A stretch of DNA of 64,000 bases from the human T2T-CHM13v2.0 reference genome, Homo sapiens: NCBI RefSeq assembly GCF_009914755.1, contig NC_060933.1. The stretch is one strand, 5' to 3'. The notes below the pieces were generated by a model. That model searched no databases. It was not told the origin of the DNA and worked only from the letters and a program-made list of their open reading frames with translations. Both the position numbers and the translations under genes were made by a program. The number at the start of each line of letters is the position of its first letter. Within the stretch, counting starts at the first letter, position 1. This document shows, in pieces, positions 1-9,600 of the stretch.

Positions 1-1580
1 TCGATTGCAATGGAATGTAATGGAATGGAATGGAATTAACGGGAATAGAATGGAATGGAATGGAATGGAACGGAATGGAATGGAATGGGATGGAATGGAA
101 TCAATCTGAGTGCAGGGGAATGGAATGGAATGGAATGCAATGGAATGGAATGGAATGGAATGGAATGCAATGGAATCAACTCGATTGCAATTGGATGGAA
201 TGGAATGGAATGGAATGGAATGGAATGGAAGGGAATGGAATGGAATGGAATTAACCTGAACAGAATGGAAAGGAATGGAATGGAATGGAACGGAATGGAA
301 TGGAATAGAATGGAATGGAATCAACCCGATTGCAATGGAATGGAGTGGAATGGAATGGAATGGAATGGAAACAACCCGAATGGAATGGAATGTAATGGAG
401 TGTAAGGGAATTGAATAGAATCAATACGAATGTAATGGAATGGAATGGAACGGAATGGAATGCAATGGAATGGAATGCAATGCAATGGAATGGGATCAAC
501 CCGAGTGTAATGGAATGGAATCGAAAGGAATGGAATGGAATGGAATGGTTTCAACCCGAATGGAATGGAAAGGAATGGAATCATCCCGAGTGGAATGGAA
601 TGGAATGGAATGGAATGGAATGGAATGGAATGGAATGGAATGAACCCGTGTGCAATGGAATGGAATCGAATGGAATGGAATGGAATGGAATGGATTCAAG
701 TCGAATGGAATGGAAAGGAATGGAATCAACCCGAGTGGAATGGCATGGAATGGAATGGAATGAAATGGAATGGAATGGAATGGTACGGAATAGAACGGAA
801 TGAAACGAAATGGAATGGAATGGAATGGAATGGAAAGGAATGGAATGGAATCAACCCGAGTGCAGGGGAATGGAATGGAATGGAAGGCAATGGAATGCAA
901 TCATCCGGAATTGAATGGAATGGAATGGAATGGAATGGAATCAACTCGATTGCAATGGAATGAAATGGAATGGAATGGAATGGAATTAACCCTAATAGAA
1001 TGGAATGGAATGGAATGGAAGGGAATGGAATGGAATGGAATGGAATGGAATGAAATGGAATCAACTCGATTTCAATGGAATGGAATGGAATGCAATGGAA
1101 TGGAATGGAATGGAATGGAATGAAATTAACCCGAATAGAATGGAATGGAATGGAATGGAATGGAATGGAATGGAATGGAATGGAATAGAGTGGAATGGAA
1201 TGGAATGGAATAGAATGGAATCCACCCGAGTGCAGGGGAATGGAATGGAATGGAATGCAATGGAATGGAATCATACGGAATGGAATGGAATGGAATGGAA
1301 TGGAATCAACCTGATTGCAATGGAATGGAGTGGAATGGAATGGAATGGAATGGAAACAACCCGAATGGAATGGAATGGAATGGAGTGTAAGGGAAGTGAA
1401 TAGAATCAATACGAATGTGATGGAATGGAATGGAACGGAATGGAATGCAATGGAATGGAAAGGAATCCAATGGAATGGGTTCAACCCGAGTGCAATGGAA
1501 TGGAATCGAAAGTAATGGAATGGAATGGAATGGAATGGATTCAACACGAATGGAATGGAAAGGAATGGAATCAACCCGAG
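1..1580 (+). repeat. Sub-family domain B, segment 1
   Basis: Carries B words TGAACCCGTGTGCAA (~641), TTAACCCTAATAG (~986), CAACTCGATTTCAA (~1062), ATCAATACGAA and GGAAACAACCCG. No TCTTCCGG. Confidence 0.75.
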
Positions 1581-1905
1581 TGCAGGGGAATGTAATGGAA
1601 CGGAATGCAATGGAAAGGAATCATCCGGAATGGAATGGAATGGAATGGAATGGAATCAACCCGAGTGCAATGGAATGGAGTGGAATGGAATGGAATGGAA
1701 TGGATCAACCCGAATGGAATGGAATGTAATGTAGAGTAAGGGAGTTGAAAAGAATCAATCCGAATGTAATGGAATGGAATGGAACGGAATGGAATGGAAT
1801 GGAATGGAATGGAATGCAATGGAATGGAATCAACCCGAGTACAATGGAATGGAATGGAATGGAATGGAATGGAACGGAATGGAATGGAATGGAATGCAAT
1901 GGAAT

Positions 1906-1920
1906 GGAATCTTCCGGAAT
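1906..1920 (+). promoter_or_regulatory. Perfect heat-shock element nGAAnnTTCnnGAAn (example of about 35 copies)
   Basis: GGAAT CTTCC GGAAT matches the HSF1 trimer consensus. Also at 2756 and 3449. Function at this site is not shown. Confidence 0.6.
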
Positions 1921-3990
1921 GGAAAGGAATGGAATGGAATGGAATGGAATGGAATGCAATGGATTCAACTCGATTCCAATGGAATGGAATAGAATGGAAT
2001 GGAATGGAATGGAATGGAATTAAACCGAATAGAATGGAACGGAATGGAATGGAACGGAACGGAATGGAACTGAACGGAACGGAACGGAGTGGAATGGAAT
2101 GGAATGGAATTGTATGGAATGGAATGGAATGGTACGGAATAGAATGGAATGGAATGAATTGGAATGGAATGGAATCGAATGGAATGGAATGGAATGGAAT
2201 GGAATCAACCCGAGTGCAGGGGAATGTAATGGAACGGAATGCAATGGAATGGAATCATCCGGAATGGAATGGAATGGAATGGAATGGAATGGAATCAACC
2301 CGAGTGCAATGGAATGGAGTGGAATGGAATGGAATGGAATGGAATAGAATCAACTCGATTGGAATGGAATGGAATGGAATGGAATTAACCCGAATACAAT
2401 GCAATGGAATGGAATGGAACGGAATGGAGTGGAATGGAATGGAATGAACCCGAGTGCAGGGGAATGGAATGGAATGGAATGCAATGGAAAGGAATCATCC
2501 GGAATGGAATGGAATGGAATGGAATGCAAAGCAATGGAATCAACTCGATTGCAATGGAATGGAATGGAATGGAAAGGAATACATTGGAATCAACCCGAGT
2601 GGAAAGGAATGGAAAGGACTGAAATGGAGTGGAATGGAATGGAATGGAATGGAATGGAATGGAAAGGAATCAACTTGATTGGAATGAAATGGAATGGAAT
2701 GGAATGGAATCAACGCGAGTGCAGGGGAATGGAATGGAATGGAATGCAATGGAATGGAATCTTCCGGAATGGAATGGAATTGAATGGAATGGAATGGAAT
2801 GGAATGGAATAAACCTGAGGGCAATGGAATGGAGTGGAATGGAATGGAATGGAATGGAACAACCCGAATGGAATGGAATGTAATGGAGACTAAGGGAGTT
2901 GAATAGAATCAATCCGAATGTAATGGAATGGAATGGAACGGAATGGAATTGAATGGAATGGAATGGGATGCAATGGAATGGAATCAACCCGAGTGCAATC
3001 GAATGGAATCGAATAGAATGGAATGCAATGGAATGGATTCAACTTGAATGGAATGGAAAGAATGGAATCAACACGAGTGGAAGGGCATGGATTGGAATGC
3101 AATGGAATGGAATCAACCCGAGTACAGGGGAATGGAATGGAATGGAATGCAATGGAATGGAATCATCCGTAATGGAATGGAAAGGAATGGAATGGAATGG
3201 AATGGAATGGAATGGAATGGAATGGAATGGAATCAACACGATTGCAATCGAATGGAATGGAATGGAATTAACCCGAATAGAATGGAATGGAATGGAATGG
3301 AACGGAACGGAATGGAATGGAATGGAATGGAATGGAATGGAACGGAACGGAACGGAACGGAACGGAATGGAATGGAATGGAATGGAATGGAATGGAATCG
3401 AATCAACGCGAGTGCAGGGGAATGGAATGGAATGGAATGCAATGGAATGGAATCTTCCGGAATGGAATGGAATGGAATGGAATGGAATGGAATGGAATTA
3501 ACCCGAATAGAATGGAATGGAATGGAATGGAACGGAATGGAACGGAATGGAAAGGAATGGAATGGAATGGTATGGAATGGAATGGAATGGTACGGAATAG
3601 AATGGAATGGAACGAATTGTAATGGAATGGAATTGAATGGAATGGAATGGAATGGAATGGAATCAACGCGAGTGCAGGGGAATGTAATGGAACGGAATGC
3701 AATGGAATGGAATCATCCGGAATGGAATGGAATGGAATGGAATGGAATGGAATCAACCCGAGTGCAATGGAATGGAGTGGAATGGAATGGAATGGAATTG
3801 AACAACCCGAATGGAATGGAATGTAATGGAGAGTAAGGGAGTTGAATAGAATCAATCCGAAAGTAATGGAATGGAATGCAACGGAATGGAATGGAATGGA
3901 ATGGAATGGAATGCAATGGAATTGAATCAACCCGAGTACAATGGAATGGAATGGAATGGAATGGAAAGGAATGGAATGGAATGGAATGGA

Positions 3991-4030
3991 ATCGTTCCGA
4001 GTGGAATAGGAGGGAATGTATTCGAGTGGA
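3991..4030 (+). repeat. Landmark module ATCGTTCCGAGTGGAATAGGAGGGAATGTATTCGAG (12 copies seen)
   Basis: On + at 3991 and ~57758. Reverse complement at 12721, 20771, 22324, 23732, 26214, 30661, 38612, 40926, 42040 and 43669. Confidence 0.88.
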
Positions 4031-5644
4031 ATGGAAAGGAAAGGTATCAACCAGAGTGGAATGGAAGGGAATGGAATGGAATGGAAACTAATAGAATGGA
4101 ATCAACCCAAGTGGAATGGAATGGAAAGGATTGGAATGGAATGGAATGGAATGGAATCAACTCGATTGTAATGGAATGGAATGGAATGGAATGCAATGGA
4201 ACGGAATTAACCCGAATACAATGGAATGGAATGGAATGGAATGGAATGGAGTGGAATGGAATGGAATCAACCCGAGTGCAGGAGAATGGAATGGAATGGA
4301 ATGCAATGGAATGGAATCATCCGGAATGGAATGGAAAGGAATGGAATGCAAAGCAATGGAATCAACTCGATTGCAATGGAATGAAATGGAATGGAAAGGA
4401 ATACATTGGAATCAACCCGAGTGGAATGGAATGGAAAGGACTGGAATGGAGTGGAATGGAATGGAATGGAATGGAATGGAATCAACTCGATTGGAATGGA
4501 ATGGAATGGAATGGAATGGAATTAACCCGAATAGAATGGAATGGAATGGAATGGAACGGAACGGAATGGAATGGAATGGAATGTAATGGAATGGAATGGA
4601 ATAAACCCGAGTGCAATGGAATGGAGTGGAATGGAATGGAATGGAATGGAACAACCCGAATGGAATGGAATGTAATGGAGAGTAAGGGAGTTGAATAGAA
4701 TCAATCCGAATGTAATGGAATGGAATGGAACGGAATGGAATTGAATGGAATGGAATGGAATGGAATCAACCCGAGTGCAATGGAATGGAGAGGAATGGAA
4801 TGGAATGGAATGGAAACTACCCGAATGGAATGGAATGTAATGGAGTGTAACGGAATTGAATAGAATCAATCCGAATGTAATGGAATGGAATGGAACGGAA
4901 TGGAATGGAATGGAATGGAATGGAATGGAATCGAATGGAATGGAATGCAATGGAATGGAATCAACCCGAGTGCAATCGAATGGAATCGAATGGAATGGAA
5001 TGCAATGGAATGGATTCAACTTGAATGGAATGGAAAGAATGGAATCAACACGAGTGGAATGCCATGGATTGGAATGGAATGGAATGGAATCAACCCGAGT
5101 ACAGGGGAATGGAATGGAATGGAATGCAATGGAATGGAATCATCCGTAATGGAATGGAAAGGAATGGAATGGAATGGAATGGAATGGAATGGAATGGAAT
5201 GGAATCAACTCGATTGCAATCGAATGGAATGGAATGGAATTAACCCGAATAGAATGGAATGGAATGGAATGGAACGGAACGGAATGGAACGTAACGGAAC
5301 GGAACGGAACGGAGTGGAATGAGTGGAATGGAATGGAATGGAATTGTATGGAATGGAATGGCATGGTACGGAATAGAATGGAATGGAAAGAATTGGAATG
5401 GAATGGAATCGAATGGAATGGAATGGAATGGAATGGAATCAACCCGAGTGCAATGGAATGGAGTGGAATGGAATGGAATGGAATGGAACAACCCGAATGG
5501 AATGGAATGTAATGGAGAGTAAGGGAGTTAAATAGAATCAATCCGAATGTAATGGAATGAATCGGAATGGAATGGAATGGAATGGAATGGAATGGAATGG
5601 AATGGAATGGAATGCAATGGAATGGAATCAACCCGAGTACAATG

Positions 5645-5665
5645 GAACGGAATGGGTTTATTCCA
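5645..5665. other. Strand-switch junction 1 (GGAAT to ATTCC; G-rich strands converge)
   Basis: Reads GAACGGAATGG|GTTTATTCC with no foreign insert. Confidence 0.95.
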
Positions 5666-6679
5666 TTCCATTCCATTCCATTCCGGATGATTCCATTCCA
5701 TTGCATTCCATTCCATTCCATTCCCCTGCACTCGTGTTGATTCCATTCCCTTCCATTCCATTCCATTCAGTTCCATTCCATTCTATTCCGGTTAACTCCA
5801 TTCCATTTCATTCCATTCCATTCCATTGCAATCGAGTTGATTGCATTCCATTCCTTTCCATTCCATTCCATTGCCTTGCATTCCACTCGGGTTGATTCCA
5901 TTCCCTTCTTTCCACTCCATTACATTCCCTTCCATGATTGATTCCATTCCATTCCATTCCAGTTCATTCCATTGCAATCCATTCCAATCCATTCCATTCC
6001 ATTCCATTCCACTCGAGTTGAGTTCATTCCATTCATTTCCATTCCATTCCATTCCTTTCCACTCGAGTTGATTCCATTCCATTCCAATCCATTGCATTCC
6101 ATTCCATGCCATTCCACTCGGGTTGATTAATTTCCTTTGCATTCCATTCCATTCCATTCCATTCCATTCCATTCCATTCCATTCTGTTGCATTCCATTCC
6201 ATTACATTCGGATTGATTCTATTCAACTCCCTTACTCTCCATTACATTCCATTCCATTCGGATTGTTCCATTCCATTCCATTCCATTCCAGTCCATTCCA
6301 TTGCACTCGGGTTGATTCCATTCCATTCCATTCCATTCCATTCCATTCCATTCCGGATGATTCCATTCCATTGCATTCCGTTCCATTACATTCCCCTGCA
6401 CTCGCGTTGATTCCATTCCATTCCATTCCTTTCCATTCAATTCCATTCCATTACAATTCGTTCCATTCCATTGTATTCCGTACCATTCCATTCCATTCCA
6501 TACCATTCCATTCCATTCCATTCCATTCCATTCCATTCCATTCCGTTCCATTCCGTTGCATTCCATTCAATTCCATTCTATTCGGGTTAATCCCATTCCA
6601 TTCCATTCCATTCCATTCTATTCCATTCCATTGCAACGGAGTTGAATCCATTGCATTTCATTCCATTCCATTCCATTCC

Positions 6680-6694
6680 ATTCCGGAAGATTCC
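6680..6694 (-). promoter_or_regulatory. Perfect heat-shock element, first of about 25 in block 2
   Basis: ATTCC GGAAG ATTCC = nTTCnnGAAnnTTCn. The last copy in the block is at 42923. Confidence 0.6.
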
Positions 6695-9600
6695 ATTCCA
6701 TTGCATTCCATTCCATGCCATTCCCCTGCACTCGCGTTGATTCCATTCCATTCCATTCCATTCCATTCCATTCCATTCAATTCCGTTCCGTTCCGTTCCA
6801 TTCCATTCCATTCCATTCCATTCCATTCCGTTCCGTTCCATTCCATTCCATTCCATTCTATTCGGGTTAATTCCACTCCATTCCATTCGATTGCAATCGT
6901 GTTGATTCCATTCCATTCCATTCCATTCCATTCCATTCCATTCCATTCCATTCCTTTCCATTCCATTACGGATGATTCCATTCCATTGCATTCCATTCCA
7001 TTCCATTCCCCTGTAATCGGGTTGATTCCATTCCTTTGCATTCCAATCCATGCCCTTCCACTCGTGTTGATTCCATTCTTTCCATTCCATTCAAGTTGAA
7101 TCTATTCCATTGCATTCCATTCCATTCGATTCCATTCGATTGCACTCGGGTTGATTCCATTCCATTGCATTCCATTCCATTCCATTCCATTCCATTCCAT
7201 TCCATTCCGTTCCATTCCATTCCATTACATTCGGATTGATTCTATTCAATTCCCTTACACTCCATTACATTCCATTCCATTCGGGTAGTTTCCATTCCAT
7301 TCCATTCCATTCCTCTTCATTCCATTGCACTCGGGTTGATTCCATTCCATTGCATTCCATTCCATTCCATTCCGTTCCATTCCATTCCATTACATTCGGA
7401 TTGACTCTATTCAACTCCCTTACTCTCCATTACATTCCATTGCATTCGGCTTGTTCCATTCCATTCCATTCCATTCCACTCCATTCCATTGCACTCAGGT
7501 TTATTCCGTTTCATTCCATTCCATTCCATTCCATTCCGGAAGATTCCATTCCATTGCATTCCATTCCATTCCATTCCCCTGCACTCGCGTTGATTCCATT
7601 CCATTCCATTCCATTCCATTCCATTCCATTCCATTCCGATCCGTTCCGTTCCATTCCATTCCATTCCATTCTATTCGGGTTAATTCCATTCCATTCCATT
7701 CGATTGCAATCGAGTTGATTTCATTCCATTCCATTCCATTCCATTCCATTCCTTTTCATTCAATTACGGATGATTCCATTCCATTGCATTCCATTCCATT
7801 CCATTCCCCTGTACTCGGGTTGATTCCATTCCATTCCATTCCATACCATTCCATTCCAATCCATTCCATTCCATTCCATTCCATTCCGTTCCATTCCATT
7901 CCATTCCATTCCATTCCATTCTATTCGGGTTAATCCCATTCCATTCCATTCCATTCCATTCTATTCCATTCCATTGCAATCGAGTTGCATCCATTGCATT
8001 TCATTTCATTCCATTCCATTCCATTCCATTCCGGAAGATTCCATTCCATTGCATTCCATTCCATTCCATTCCCCTGCAGTCAGGTTGATTCCATTCCATT
8101 CCATTCCATTCCATTCCATTCCATTCCATTCCGTTCCGTTCCGTTCCGTTCCATTCCATTCCATTCCATTCTATTCGGATTAATTCCATTCCATTCCATT
8201 CCATTCCATTCCATTCCATTCCATTCCAATCGAGTTGATTCCATTCCATTCCATTCCATTCCATTCCATTCCTTTCCATTACATTACGGATGACTCCATT
8301 CCATTTCATTCCATTCCATTCCATTACCCTGTACTCGGGTTGATTACATTCCATTCCATTCCAATCCATGCCATTCCAGTCGTGTTGATTCCATTCTTTC
8401 CATTCCATTCAAGTTGAATCCATTCCATTGCATTCCATTCCATTCGATTCCATTTGATTGCACTCGGGTTGATTCCATGGCATTGCATTCCATTCCATTC
8501 CATTCCATTCCATTCCATTCCTTTCCATTCCATTCCATTCGGATTCATTCTATTCAATTCCCTTACACTCCATTACATTCCATTCGATTCGTGTAGTTTC
8601 CATTCCATTCCATTCCATTCCTCTCCATTCCATTGCACTCGGGTTGATTCCATTCCATTCCATTCCATTCCATTCCATTTCATTCCATTCCATTCCATTC
8701 CATTCCATCCCGGATGATTCCATTCCATTGAATTCCATTCCATTCCATTCCCCTGCACTTGGGTTGATTCCATTCCATTCCATTCCATTCCTTTCTGTTC
8801 CATTCCATTCCATTCCATTCCATTCTATTCGTGTTAATTCCATTCCATTCTATTCCATTCCATTCCATTGAAATCGAGTTGATTCCATTCCATTCCATTC
8901 CATTCCATTCCATTCCGGATGATTCCATTCCATTGCATTCCATTCCATTGCATTCCCCTGCACTCGGGTTGATTCCATTCCATTCCATTCCATTACATTC
9001 CATTCCATTCCGTTCCATTTCATTCTATTCGGGTTAATTCCATTCCATTCCATTCCACTCCATTCCAGTCCTTTCCATTCCATTCCACTCGGGTTGATTC
9101 CATTCTATTCCTTTCAATTCCATTCCATTCCATTGCAATCGAGTTGATTCCATTCGAGTTGAATCCATTCCATTCCATTCCATTCCATTCCATTCCATTG
9201 CACACGGGTTCATTCCATTCCATTCCATTCCATTCCATTCCATTCCATTCCATTCCATTTCATTCCATTCCATTATATTCCATACCATTCCATTCCATCC
9301 CATTCCATTCCGTTCCATTCCATGCCATTACACTCGGGTTGATTCCATTCCTTTCCATTCCATTCTTGTTGAATCCATTCCATTCCATTCCATTCCATTC
9401 GAATCCATTCCATTGCACTCGGGGTGATTCCATTCCATTCCATTCCATTCCATTTCATTCTATTCCATTCCATTACATTCGGATTGATTCTATTCAATTC
9501 CCTTACACTCCATTCCATTCCATTCCATTCGGGATGTTTCCATTGCATTCCATTCCATTCCACTCCATTCCATTGCATCAGGTTGATTGCATTCCATTCC

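Larger units (their letters stand above)
1..2392 (+). repeat. Dispersed direct repeat, copy 1 (partner 53522-55943; may extend left of the window)
   Basis: Position 1 TCGATTGCAATGGAATGTAATGG...TTAACGGGAATAG matches 53522. The first ORF translations recur identically at offset 53521 (30..254 vs 53551..53775; 55..405 vs 53576..53926). Confidence 0.93.
1..5655 (+). repeat. HSat3 block 1, G-rich (GGAAT) strand on +
   Basis: Continuous GGAAT orientation up to ...AATGGAACGGAATGG at 5655. Confidence 0.97.

Noticed and set aside
111-121. GCAGGGGAA G-runs as G-quadruplex motifs
   Set aside because: The G-tracts are single and widely spaced; I saw no four G3+ tracts within short loops.
1616-1631. GGAATCATCCGGAAT counted as an HSE
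   Set aside because: The central pentamer is ATC, not TTC, and the word occurs in both domains, so it was excluded from the perfect-HSE count.
7135-7150. CENP-B-box-like TTCGATTGCACTCGGG, recurrent in domain A
   Set aside because: The CENP-B box needs TTCG-N4-A-N2-CGGG. Here the spacer is N5, one base too long, and there is no alpha satellite context.
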